Assembly: GCA_951406725.2 (NCBI GenBank)
Contig: OX597815.1
Span: forward strand, 80,724,001-80,788,000
Reading direction: 5' to 3'
Length of the DNA stretch: 64,000 bases
From: Octopus vulgaris
Taxonomy: Eukaryota
Shown: piece after piece, positions 40,973 through 54,209 of the stretch
How the letters are laid out: each line of letters starts with the position of its first letter
How positions within the stretch are numbered: the first letter of the stretch is position 1
Position numbers and translations under genes: made by a program
Notes under the pieces: model-generated
Seen by the model: the letters and a program-made list of their open reading frames with translations, nothing else
What the model was told of the DNA's origin: nothing
The model's database searches: none

Positions 40973-42337
40973 ACACACACATATCAAGAACTGGGGTCGA
41001 TATAATCGTTTCAATATATCTCGTAGTCATGGCCTGTTCCTGCATCACGAATATATTTTGTTTCTTCCTCCATTCAGGCGACTTTATGAGCATTTCAATT
41101 AAAATATATTAAAGAATGCTCCACATATAAGTATATAAGTGATTTCTGGTTTCTTGTTCAATTAGTAGAAATTATACATACATACATACAGACGCACACT
41201 CATATACATACACACATATATGAAGTTTCTTCTTTATCAACACTCCAAACTTGTTAAGGCATACCATAGCTGGCCTCAATACCATTGGCATGCTCGATTT
41301 TTATGCTACCTTTTTCACTGTTCGAAATCTAAACGAATTTGTAAAAGATCTTATTCTTGTACATATAATCGATTTACTACTTTTTCTATCATCATCGTCG
41401 TGGTCGTGGCTATTGATATTTGCAATATAAACAGCTCCGACGAAGAATTGAATTTGGCAGGGATGTTTTTTTTTTTTCTTTTTGCCAAAGGGCGTTTGAC
41501 ATTTGAGCTTCCGCCTTGGAGTGGGAACTCAAAGCTTTTTTCTTTTTTTTCTTGGATATATTTATTTTATATTTTTAAATACATTGTTTATTCAGAACTT
41601 AATACACCTTTTTCTTGATATGCAAAAAGAGCTGCTTGCCACAAACGTGTAGCAAAGAAAACAAGACAAAAATTTTGCAGTGCGTTTTGAAAATTGTTAA
41701 ACTGATAAATCTGATTCTCAAAAAAAAAAATCAACTGACATCTGGCAACTGCAAAGATAATCCCTTTTAAACGAAGACAATCACACTTTAACAAGCACAA
41801 GTGGTGAAAATGTAAACGTTGAAAAACAAAAGCGACAACAGAAACTTGCAGTTTGCAAATATTGTGAGCTAGGACGTAAATCTGAACATGGTTAGGTTCC
41901 AAAAATACAAATGAAAAGGGCAACATTTCACTGAAGCTTGTGCAAGAAAGTGCAAGAGAAGAGTGATTTACCATTGCTTCTCAAAAGGGGAAGTAAGCGT
42001 CCATACACAATTGAAAGGGTAGTTATAGAAAGTCAATATGTGGCACGATATATACACCCTCTATATCTGGGCGTATGCAAATATGTGCCTGGTCTTTACA
42101 ACTGAAGGCGAAAATAAGAAAATATGTGAACTTGGTACATCACACATTACCTCATAGGTGTTGCTATGTGGGTAATTGAATGACAGTGGTAAGGTCTTTG
42201 GTGGTAGCGTTGACTCTGGGTTTGCCGTTACATCAGCCGCTCATTACAGGCTGTTGGTAAGTGCAGTGACAACGTTCAACAACACCGGGTCGTATGGGAT
42301 CTGCATAAACATGCTGATAACAAAGTCTCCAGAAAAT

Positions 42338-42435
42338 CACGGGGTTACCCACGGGGTTACCCACGAGATTACTCACGGGGCTACCCACGGGGCTACCCAC
42401 GGGGCTACCCACGGGGCTACCCACGGGGCTATCCA
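42338..42435. repeat. 12-bp minisatellite (CACGGGGCTACC) x about 8
   Basis: Read directly from the sequence. Confidence 0.9.
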
Positions 42436-42884
42436 TGAGATGTACTTAATTGTGGTTGTGGAGATAATGCAGGCACACAAAAATTCAGTAACGCACTAAA
42501 ATTCTAAACTGTATGATGCAGTAGTATAAAGAGATGAATAGGTTGTTAATTAACTAACCACTTTTTGTTGCTATTATCGCTTGATCACAGCACACCATAC
42601 TACACTAGCTCACGCCACACCACACCGCAAGATACCGTACCGTTAAAGTTATAAACCAAACAAATATATTAAGTATCGGGTCTCATGATAAACAGTTGTC
42701 TGTCATAGAGAAAATATGTACGCTGCAAGCATATATTTTTATGAGGAACTAACACATTAAACAATTTTTGGCTTTTGAATAAAGACTTGTTTTGATGCGC
42801 CTTCCGTGATTCTAGTTTATTTTAAGACTGTATAGCGTATGAATGAATGTTGAATAGTGTCTGCATATACATACATACATACAT

Positions 42885-43015
<131 letters not shown>

Positions 43016-43339
43016 GACGTACATACATACATATACACAAACAATTGCGTAAAACTATATTCAGAATAAACACGTACATATATATACACCCATTTACTGC
43101 AGATGCGTTTATAATTATTGATATGTAATATGGGATTTAGTGGGGGGTTTTGTCTGATCGAATAGAGATATAAATGGACACTTTTCTCTGTGTATGTGTG
43201 TGAGCGTAGGTGTGTGTTTGTGGACGTAGGTGCATGTGCGCCTGTACGTACGTATGTATGTATGTATGTATGTATGTATGTATGTATGTATGTATGTATG
43301 TATGTATGTATGTACGTATGTACGTAAGTACGTAGGTAG

Positions 43340-43370
<31 letters not shown>

Positions 43371-43699
43371 TATGTGCGATTACGTATACTTGTATGAATG
43401 CATGCATCTATGTATCTTTTATTTTTAAAATTTACTCACAGATAGAAAAAGAGCCGGTTTCCAGCCATGAGACATAGCTCTTTCATTAGAAAGAATAACA
43501 AATCGCAGCTATGTTTGGATCTGCACAAGTATGTGCATGCGTGCATATCATTTCATACGTAGGTAAGTATGATTTCAATTATCTATCTGTATATATAGAT
43601 ATGTTTGTATATCTAAAAGTTTGTGCATGTGCATACTACAGGCTATACGTCTGTAATGTACATATTTCCACTGTTTCGTAAGCAGTGTGCAAGTGTAAT

Positions 43700-44110
43700 T
43701 GCTTAATTAAACCTGTCTTTTCTGATTTTGTGAAACCCAGTCATATAAAAGTAATATACTTAGGCAGTCAGCTCTGCAACATGTCAATAATTACAGGTAT
43801 AGATATAAAGTTGTAACCCGAGTAAAGTATCTTTTAAGAGTTCCTATTAGTTCCTCACATATTTTGTTTTACTTATATCCTTAACATTATTTTAACCTCT
43901 GCTGGTTAGCTGATTTCTGCAACATAACACACCTTCAATTCGTCCCAGATTAGTATGTCTGGTCTTTCTGTAGGAAATATTTCATATCTTTCATTCATAT
44001 TATTAATGTGTATGCATTCCACATCATTGTAACTTCTAATATTTGACCTTCAGGACCACCTTTCTACCGATCGTATTGTATGATGCTTTGGCCTCTACAT
44101 CTTGCCTCAT
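43700..44110 (-). mobile_element. Second R4/Dong-type restriction-like endonuclease remnant
   Basis: Minus translation 'ERPDILIWDELKVCYVAEIS*PAEVKI...KILYSGYNFISIPVII'. Confidence 0.65.
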
Positions 44111-44126
44111 ATATGAATATTATCAT

Positions 44127-44174
<48 letters not shown>

Positions 44175-44446
44175 AGGTTACATATTCGAATTTAATTCCA
44201 TTCAGTCTATATCGATAGTCAACTCTGACTGATTTACCTGCATCCTTTTCCTTTTCTGCACAAGGTATTTTGCTGTTATTTCTTGTTTGTAGATTACGAA
44301 AGCGAACCCAACAAAGTTGGATCTAATTTGACGGCTATTACACTATTCAGTGTATTTATATCGTTGTCAAGCGAAGCTTTCTGGCAGCATAGCTGTTCAT
44401 GATCTGTTAATGGACGGAACGTCTTTTATCTGATGCTATGTTGCAA

Positions 44447-45090
44447 TAAAAGATGCATTCCAGAAGTTTTGATACTTTTTTTAGGGCAGACATTTATTAA
44501 CTCTAAAGAAGTACAAAACTGTAATCTCCTTCAAAGTATGATCCTCTGACTTCAATGCATTTGTTGTAGCGCTCCAACCATTTTATGAAGGCCCTATGGA
44601 AGTCTTACAAAGTGAAGGTGTCCATGATCCATGTCGCAGTCTTCTTCATCTTATCGTTCAGCTTGAGGAACAACCAGAAGTCACAGAGAGCAAGACCTGG
44701 ACTGCAGGGAGGATGAGGAACAGCTTTGATGCCCATCTCTGTCAAGTAGTCACTTACCAGAATGGAATTGTGGACTGGCCGGTTGCAATGTCCTGGCTTT
44801 AGTGTAGGAAACTCTTCCTGAACTCCCTCAAAACATCCACAAAGTACTCTTTGTACCATCTTGCCAGACTGGACCTTGCTGTCGAAAAAGTGGATCGTCA
44901 TAAATTCACGGAGGATTTACTTTGCTTGGCCTATTTTGCCAGCGAAAAATAGATGCTCGCCTCATTCAGATCGATCCATAAGCATTCTGGAGCATTTCAT
45001 ATGTTTCTCTAGCCTTTATTCCCATTTTAACATGAAACGTTATTGCATGGCGAGCCTCCAAATTGTCTTCAGATATTACGTATATTACCC
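44447..45090 (-). mobile_element. Internally deleted mariner remnant
   Basis: 'EMGIKAVPHPPCSPGLALCDFWLFLKL' and 'DFHRAFIKWLERYNKCIEVRGSYFEGD'. Confidence 0.8.
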
Positions 45091-45309
45091 CAAAATAAAA
45101 TTTCCAGTTTCCGTCAACCAAATATCTTTCACAAATCGTGGGTCAATTCAAGATATGGCAGAAAACACTTGTCCAAAGTTCTGCTCAGTGAAATTGAATG
45201 CGGTACCATGTAAAGATGAAGTGAACCCTTAAAGAATTCGGCATGCCTCATATTATTCTCTTCGGCTATGATTAACTTAAACTACAACATCAGTCAAAAG
45301 TGGGTCTTT

Positions 45310-45348
<39 letters not shown>

Positions 45349-46134
45349 ACGCGCGTGCTTGTGTGCATGCAACAAGACCATAGCTTCTCTCGTGATTAGA
45401 ATTATTTAATTGGCTGCTTACTACATATCTGATCAAATGCAGCATTGATCAAACCTGGATGATCTTTTCTCGAGGAATCAGTTTTTGCTGTATATTGCAT
45501 AATTTATCGACAGCAGACAAATGAAAAGTGAGATGCTATCGATCTCTGCGTGGTTTGGAATCTGATGAAGTGGGTTAAAATGAAATAATGTGTGGCATTC
45601 ATTCCAAATATATTTTTAATGCTGAATCGTAACAAATGATTCTTTACCTGGTTAACTCACGCCTAACTGACCAAGCTCAATGCTAATACAACTAAGGCAA
45701 CATTTTCGGAGAATGCGAGATTTTCCAGTACATTTTACCGTCAGGCATTGATACACAATTAAACACTACAAGATATTTTATGAACAAAACGATTTAATAC
45801 TTAAATTTCTCAAAAACGTAATACTACTGTCTATCCATTTAAGTGTTTCCTCTTACACTGTTTTAAATAATGCGACGGAATGTATCTGATATTAGTTGAA
45901 ATAACCTGAATATTTTTTATTGCGGACGAAGAATTAAAGGATTCAACATGCTTAAGCCTTAATCTTGTGGCAAATAATGCAGTTCCAGTCTGTAGTCTAT
46001 CTAAGGCTTTGATGTTCTTCCTGTAAAAGTTCAATCCATTTAATCTTTTTTGTTACGCCAAATATTTTTTTACTACTACCATGTCTGCAATCGTGGTCGC
46101 CACCACCATCACAACAACAACAACAACAACACCA

Positions 46135-46187
<53 letters not shown>

Positions 46188-46235
46188 ACCAACTACTACT
46201 ACTACTGCTGCTACTACTACTACTACTACTACTAC

Positions 46236-46270
<35 letters not shown>

Positions 46271-46289
46271 TTTTCTTCAATTTACAAGA

Positions 46290-46688
46290 GGTGCAGGCGT
46301 GGCTGTGGCAAGAAGCTTGCTTTCCAACCACATAGTTCTGGGTTCAGTTTCACTGCATGGCATCTTGGGTAAGTGTCTTCTTCTATAGCCTCGGGCCCAC
46401 CAAAACCTTGTGAGTGGATTTAATAGACAGAAACTGAAAGAAGCCCGTCGTATATATGTGTGTGTGTATGTGTGTATGTGTGTCAGTGTCTGTGTTTGCT
46501 CCCCACGTCGCTTGAAAATCAATGTTGGTGTGTTTGCGTACTCATAACTTAGCGGTTCGGCAAAAATGACCGATAGAATAAGTACCATACTTACAAAGAA
46601 TAAGTCTTCGGGTCGATTTCTTCGACTAAAAATACCTTTAAAACAGTGCTCCAGCATGGTTGTAATCAAATGACTGAAACAAGTAATA
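46290..46688 (+). mobile_element. SINE family B with (GAA)n-expanded tail to 46802
   Basis: Homologous to 35373-35801. Confidence 0.88.
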
Positions 46689-48307
46689 GAAGAAGAAGAA
46701 GAAGAAGAAGAAGAAGAAGAAGAAGAAGAAGAAGAAGAAGAAGAAGAAGAAGAAGAAGAAGAAGAAGAAGAAGAAGAAGAAGAAGAAGAAGAAGAAGAAG
46801 AATTGATCGATGGAGGAGCAGCTCAAAGAAAAATTGCAGAAAAGAAACGGTGAGGGATTTTGCAAACGAATGTGAAAAATAGGCCTTAGAAGAATAACTT
46901 ACACTTATAAAAAATGAAAATGCCCCAGTAGGGCAACAGCAAAATACTGCCAATAGGGAAACACACAAATTATGAATTGCCTGTCTAAATTGTGTCCTCA
47001 ACCTACTTGGTCAAAGGATGCCCATTCATATTGGTCATGATTGTTATTCTCGCGGACATTTCAGCAAATTTTACTGGGGCGTAAGAGCAGCATTTCGCAC
47101 ACCGCACTGAGTTGCCTCTTCAAGTGGTATATAAAATAGTTGATAAGGTCTAGAGAGAAAGTAGTCTCGAGAACCAGTCTATCACACATTCTCTTTTGTT
47201 GTAGATAGCAGATAGAGGGAAACTGTCTGTTATTTCTAGCCAAATGAAAAGGGCGAGATTATCTTCATGATATACAAAATTGATAGCTGGGGACTTTCTA
47301 CAAGCAAATACACACGCAAACACAAAGACACTCATCGAAAAGAATGAGAATATATTTTAACCACATATCATAAGAAAGCAGAATAGAAAAGGTGTGGTAA
47401 ATGCTTTATTCTCTTCCTTAATCCACTATATACGCTCCTCCCTTCTTTTCTTTGTTATTTCTTACTATTATAAAACTAATGGATAATTAAGTGTTCCATT
47501 TCAACAATTCGCCACCTGCATATGCGTTTTGGTCCCTTGGGCTTTTTCAGTTCAGATATCAGTCCATGAGATTCAACAAAGAATTATATTTCAAGGTTAA
47601 AAGAAAAACGTCATAGTCCATACATTGTTAATCTGGAGCGAATATCATGGACAAAACAGAGTGTAGTTATAAGAAACAAAGACTTTATGAGATGATGAAC
47701 AACTCGTAGATGACCAACTGCTTAAAATGGATAAAATTGCGTAAATTTCTTTCGTCATTTTTTGCAGCTACAAACTGAGGCTTACAAAATCATGGGACGT
47801 CTGCAGGTGAATTTTGTGCAAACGTACATCATCCTCGTTTCTCTTACCTTTGGTCCAGTAGAACATCTCCATGTGACAGCAGGGAAATTTAAAAAAGATG
47901 CACCAACAATCGGATGATGTAAATTTTCACCTGATCAGACAGTAGTAACGTGAAATGAAGTAACTTGCACAAGGGTACAAGGCACCGCTTCGTCCAGAAT
48001 TCGAACCTACGACCTGACGATCGTGACCCCAAAGCTCTAACTGCTAGATTATAGTTATATTTGCGCGCACTTGCGTGTGCGAATGTATTATGATGCATGA
48101 ACATCCACATATCAATCGGCAGTAATAGCAGTTTCGTGCATGACACTTTAGAAGCTTTGTTAATTGCTATGCATGAAACTTTCACCACCAGAGTAAACTC
48201 TGCAGTTATTCTGTGCATATACGATGATATATATATATGTGTGTGTATGTGTGTGTGTGCATGCATTTATATATATGTATATGTATGTATGTGTATACAC
48301 ACACACG

Positions 48308-48351
<44 letters not shown>

Positions 48352-48756
48352 TGATTTTTGATTAACTTATAAACAATTATGAACTTATTTTACTGCCTAT
48401 TTTGAACAGTTTTAAGTAAACTATTCAATCCTCTCTTAACACTTTCTTATTATTGTCAAAGACTATCACTCTATTTTAATACATCTATGTTTACTAATTA
48501 TTAACACCACAAAGGCTACACAAACCCTTGCACTTTTATATATTAATATTATATTCTTTATAATATTAATGTAGAATATAGAATATATAGTATAAATAGT
48601 ATAAATAGTATATATAGTAAAATGAAATGAAGTATTGATTGTCTTATTGAATAGATGAAATATTGAATATCAAATATTAAGAGATTAATATACTTTCTTG
48701 CATTAAAGCAGTCTTTAGGGTCCCAGGTTGTGACAGGAGTGTTTCAACTGTGAAAC

Positions 48757-48789
<33 letters not shown>

Positions 48790-48825
48790 TGTATGTATGT
48801 ATGTATGTATGTATGTATGTATGTA

Positions 48826-48880
<55 letters not shown>

Positions 48881-49175
48881 TGTTTTCTTGGGGATGGTCA
48901 TGTTTTGCTAATTAAAGACACACTATTTATTTGGTCTTCACTTCAGCTTTATTATCATTTTAGCTTCTTTGTCAAAGTTCTTTCGTCACACATTCTGTGG
49001 TCTATTTAGCAACTGTCTGCTTATTCCATATACCCCATGGAAACTGTGATTACACACACTCACGCACACACAATGTAACAACATGATACACATATATATC
49101 TATATGTTTGTATACATGTCAGTGATTAGTTTATAGAAAACCGTAAACCTTGATAATATTTAGTTATCGCTCTCC

Positions 49176-49217
<42 letters not shown>

Positions 49218-49406
49218 CTTCTTCGTCATTCTATTTTCAATCAAAATTGTTCAATTTTTAGATGTACTCGTTCGGGATTAATTCAGTCAATATTATACTT
49301 CATGCACCAGTTATTTTTGTATTTCTGTCAAAAATCTCTTTTCGTATCATGTACACACACACACACACACACACGCGCGCACATACATACATACACACGC
49401 ATATCT

Positions 49407-49494
<88 letters not shown>

Positions 49495-50574
49495 ATACGT
49501 ACTTTTTTTACCTGTGGGCTCTGGTCTTGCTGGGGCTATAACACTATAACACAAGCTGTAAACAGTTATTCGTTTACCATTATAGTATTCTTCATACTAC
49601 GCTCGTAATTATGGTAAAGTTGACTTTGTCTTTCATCAATTTAATATTGACTTTCTCCTTTCAATCGATTGAATATGTATGAGCAACGTCAGAGATGCAT
49701 GGATTTGTTTTTCCACTTTATTAACCTCGCGTTTTTTGCATTTCTATCTTAAATATTTATTCAGCCTATGTATTATGGCGGTTGAACCAAATGCGTCACT
49801 CGAATTGTGCTCAGGGGTATTTCTCTGACGCATCGTCACCACCCCTATTGAATTCAGATGAAGTGGAAAGGAAGTTATAACAATCGTGTTTTCCCCAATA
49901 CTGTTAAACGAATTAAGTAAAATAGCTACGACTCAGAATCGAACCGCTGAGTCGTAGTCTAGGTTATTTAAGATAACACCAAGTAAGCCGGATATTGTAG
50001 AATCAAAGGCAAAATGCGATTGTCTGCCTGTTTGAGTCAATCTTGGCTCGGTTGTTTCAACAAATTTGAAAATATTGACCTTACATTTAACAAGTAAAAG
50101 AATCATTTAAAGAAAACTTAAAAACGTCAAGTTTCAAAACACGGTGAATGGCGTCTTTTCTGTTTCAATTCTGATCCTCTGCTTGTGTTTTACTTTTAAA
50201 TCTGTAAATCATTTACAGATATATTATCTATTTGTTTATTTATTTGGAATAAAGCCAGAAAAAAAGTTAAATCAATGACGGTTGTCTCGGAGTGACTAAT
50301 ACATCCGGTTGTGACTGAATCAATGACAGCTCGCTCGACGCCATTTTAGAAGCAATTATTAACATTGCTGTTGTGGTTTCAAACGTCATTATTCGTTGTT
50401 CTTGTTCCTAATGTTGTTTTATTATGCCTGTTGCTGTTTCTCTGGATGATAGTGATGCTTCTGTTATTCTTTGTAGTTGTGGCTTATTTTATTGACTTTG
50501 TTATTCATAGTTAAATTATTGCTTCCTTTTCTATTAATGATTTTGCTTATGTTTATCACAAGATGTTGTTGTTA

Positions 50575-50634
<60 letters not shown>

Positions 50635-52661
50635 GGAAGGAGGAGGACGATCGTGATGGTGTTTACGATGATGATGGTGGGGGTGATGATGATGATGGCC
50701 ATCACGACCATAATGAGGAAGTTGGTAAAACTATATATGCTCTTGCTACCTCTGATTATATTTAATTCTGTCGCAACAGTGATGTTACAATTGTTGATGG
50801 TGTTGCTACTCTTGTTGTAGTTGTTGTCTTCATTTCAACCGCTGTTGCTTCCTGTAGTTAATGGTCCGACAGTTAATAATTTTGCCTTGTTTTTTTGCAT
50901 TTTATTTTACCGTTTGGTACTAATTACAATTGTTGATGTTACTAATACTGTGGTTAGTGTCATTGCTTTCGTTGTTGTTTACCTTGATGTTCGTGTTGTT
51001 GTTGACATTAAAATCTGTGTTGCTACCTCTGATGCCTGAATCTTCCAGAGAGCCTCCATGCAGTCGTTCAACCAGCTAGAAATAGCTGTCACATCTACAA
51101 AACACCTTTCACGTCTCAAGAAGAGAAACTTAGGACATATTTGGATAATATGATTCTGAGTTCTTCGCAGTTATAAAAATGCAAGATGGTGATAAACGGA
51201 ATGGTTTTCATCATAGATATGCTCTATCAGGTCAGACCAGGGGCTAAACAACAGGAATAATCATTATTTGTTGTGGCTATTGTTACAATTTTACATCTGC
51301 TGTTGTCCTTGCTGCTGCTTTTGTAGCTGTTGTGGAGGTCATTGATGTGTAATCCCAATTAGGTTTCTTCAGGACTTTGTCATGGAAGTATATAACTAAA
51401 TGTGGGAGAAAGCGAGCCACCTGAGATGGTAAAATTAGAAGCTAAATTTCCCTAGTATCACACACTATAGTCTTTGAAAATGTTTGAAAGAAAAAAGAAG
51501 AAAGAAATGAAATAATAGTGACAGTTATGCTTGGATAGAATTGACCTGAGAATTTAAACAACTATAGTCGAATTTTGAGAAAAATGCCTCAAATTTTCTT
51601 TATACACACACGCGCGCGCGACGTACGTACATACATACATACATACATACATACATACATACAAGCACATACATGCACGCACATGCACATACATACACAT
51701 ACGTATGTGTATGTATGCATATGTCTGTATGTGACCATGGATATGCAGTTCTTCACATTTATCTAGTCCCATGTTGGAAATACTACTTTGATGAATCTAA
51801 AATATATTCTACCAGGATCTGAGTTTAATCCAAAAATTGATAACACAAATAATGTTAAGTAATGTTGAATTTGTCCCTCATCATAAAATCATGCTTTGAA
51901 AGATTTTCTTTTTCGATTCGGTAAGTGAAACTCTCATGTTCTGTAAATAACATGCTTTCCGGTATTTCGGATGTCCAGTCTAAAAGACTTAAACCAATTT
52001 TGACATAAAATTTTAAATGACAGATAAACATGATATTTGTGTACCATTGACATATAGACCCCGTGGATCATTTATTGTTAAAAATTTTTCCTTTAGATTT
52101 AAAATACAGCCTTCCTTTAGGGGTTAGAATTAACTTATATAAAAGTAATAAACTGAATCTTGTAAAATGACACAACAATTTTTCATGACATATTTTAGGA
52201 ATATAAATGCATCCTCGATACTAGGAAAAGCGGTACATAAAATAAATGAGCAGCTACCGTGGCCGACCATTTAATACTCTACGAGTTATTCAACGTCATT
52301 CGTTGAAAATTAGTTCAACAGACAGAAATTTGAGAAAAAGAATTTCTGACTTGTATCTTATGCTTCAACGTTCTATTTCAGAATATCTGCCACGCTCACT
52401 TATCTTTCATAAAATTTGCTGGAGGGCAGTACTTCTTTCTCTAAGCTCATACGGAGAAAATATTTTATCGAATACTAGTAATTAACGACGGATGCAGTAT
52501 TAGTACCTAAAGACAACCTTTATATCTAGCTTAACGTGAATGCCTCATTAGAACGTCGAATACTGCAGTATTTTCCTTGATACGGCCTCTTATATAGATG
52601 CATGGTACATAAAACAGATATTTTCCTAGAAGACGAGAAACATCTGTAATAGGTGATGAAA

Positions 52662-52707
52662 CTGTCAGGTCACGTAATTTCAGTCTATTGGACCTCCTCA
52701 GTAGCAG
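52662..52707 (-). ncRNA. Hammerhead motif, tandem copy with U16.1>C
   Basis: CUGCUA-CUGAGGA-GGUC-CAAUA-GACU-GAAA-UUACGUGA-CC-UGACAG. Confidence 0.65.
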
Positions 52708-52756
52708 GTATCCATTGTTCGTAGAAGATGAAAATCATCTGTTAGGTGCACTGAAA

Positions 52757-52802
52757 CTGCTAGATCACGTGATTTCAATCTACTGGACTTCCTCAGTGGC
52801 AA
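52757..52802 (-). ncRNA. Hammerhead motif, tandem copy with intact core
   Basis: UUGCCA-CUGAGGA-AGUC-CAGUA-GAUU-GAAA-UCACGUGA-UC|UAGCAG. Confidence 0.75.
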
Positions 52803-53629
52803 GTGTTCGGTGACCGCAAACCAGCCGCGATATGTAGAATATCGCTGCCAATGTATATATATATATATAATTTCAGTATCTTTTCAGTCAGCAAGCTTAA
52901 TGATAAATAAAAAGTACTAAGATATGGACATACAAAATAACAAACTGTTGCAAGTGTTTGATAAACTTCTACGTGATTGCTTAACCTTCCTGAAATAAGA
53001 TCCAAACCCTCGTCAAATTATACCCGACAGTCTAAACTAAGACTTAATATAGTCTTATATACTCCTGGAAAATGACAAAACTATCGTGACTGGAATGCTT
53101 TTTTTCTTTCTTTTCTTTTTTGTTAAATGTCGGCTGGTCAGAGATACGCCAAAAGAACAAGCAATAAATCTAATTATACATAATATCTAAAAGAATGTGG
53201 TATATGTGTGTGAATGTGGTTGTACGTGTCTGAAAGTGCACCTCCGCATGCGTTTGTGCACCCACGTGTGCATGATTTAAATATTCTCTTTACGCTGAAT
53301 ACATAACATGGAAACAAATAAAAATATCAGTATTCTGAGATGCATACTGACTGAAATACGTCATGTGTCATAATGACGTATTTCATACATCAGGTGCAAA
53401 AACGTACGACCGGTTTGAGAAGCGATTCAAAACCTTAGCAGGTCGTTTGTGCATCTGATGACGGAAAACGGTTATAGTCCTACCTTCGTATACACACGAG
53501 GTACATTTCAGAAGTTTTGAAACTTTTTTAAGAAATGTAGTTATAACTGTTCTAAATTATTGTAATTTTAGTATATCATTACCATATGCTTAAAAAGATG
53601 ACCAATCAAATTTTGTTATTCTAGACTGA

Positions 53630-53778
53630 GACAGCTGAGACAGCTTCCCAACCACATTGGTCTTGGTTCAGTCACACTGCGTAGCAACTTGGGCAAGTAT
53701 CTTCTACTATAGCTGAGGGCCGACTAAAGCTTTGTGAGAGGATTTGGTAGACGGAAACTGAAAGAAGCCTGTCGTATG

Positions 53779-53840
<62 letters not shown>

Positions 53841-53920
53841 TGTGTGTGTGTGTGTAAAGAAACCAACACAGGTTGTCAAGCTGTGACAGTTGGGGAGGAC
53901 AAGCACAGATACAAGAATAC
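53630..53920 (+). mobile_element. SINE family B, partial and rearranged
   Basis: ggttcagtcacactgcgtagcaactttgggcaagtatcttctactatagc...ggaaactgaaagaagcc. Confidence 0.75.
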
Positions 53921-54127
53921 ACACACACACACGCACACACATACATACACACTTTGAAGACTACTTGGAGACATTACGTGTGTTATAAAAGCCTGTCTAA
54001 TGCATGAAACTATTGGTTGCTCATATCTACGCACCTTGTACGTTAAACGATATAATACATATATACATACATACAGACACACATACACACACTCATACAT
54101 ACATACATACATACATACATACATACA

Positions 54128-54201
<74 letters not shown>

Positions 54202-54209
<8 letters not shown>

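Noticed and set aside
41580-42000. 'KRQQKLAVCKYC' as a piggyBac Cys-rich tail
   Set aside because: Only a single CxxC, with no other transposase motifs or TTAA termini.
45554-45608. TTTGGAAT-CTGATGA...GAAA...TC-ATTCCAAA hammerhead-like layout
   Set aside because: Stem II does not pair, stem III is out of register, and the region aligns to a decayed SINE A, so it is probably coincidental.
46922-47100. 9-bp inverted repeat GCCCCAGTA/TACTGGGGC as a MITE
   Set aside because: Too short, no TSD and no second copy.
52625-52765. Opposite-polarity (+) hammerhead in the 95-bp unit (AGAAGA...GAAACTGTC)
   Set aside because: No CUGANGA core, and the triplet is not conserved between copies.
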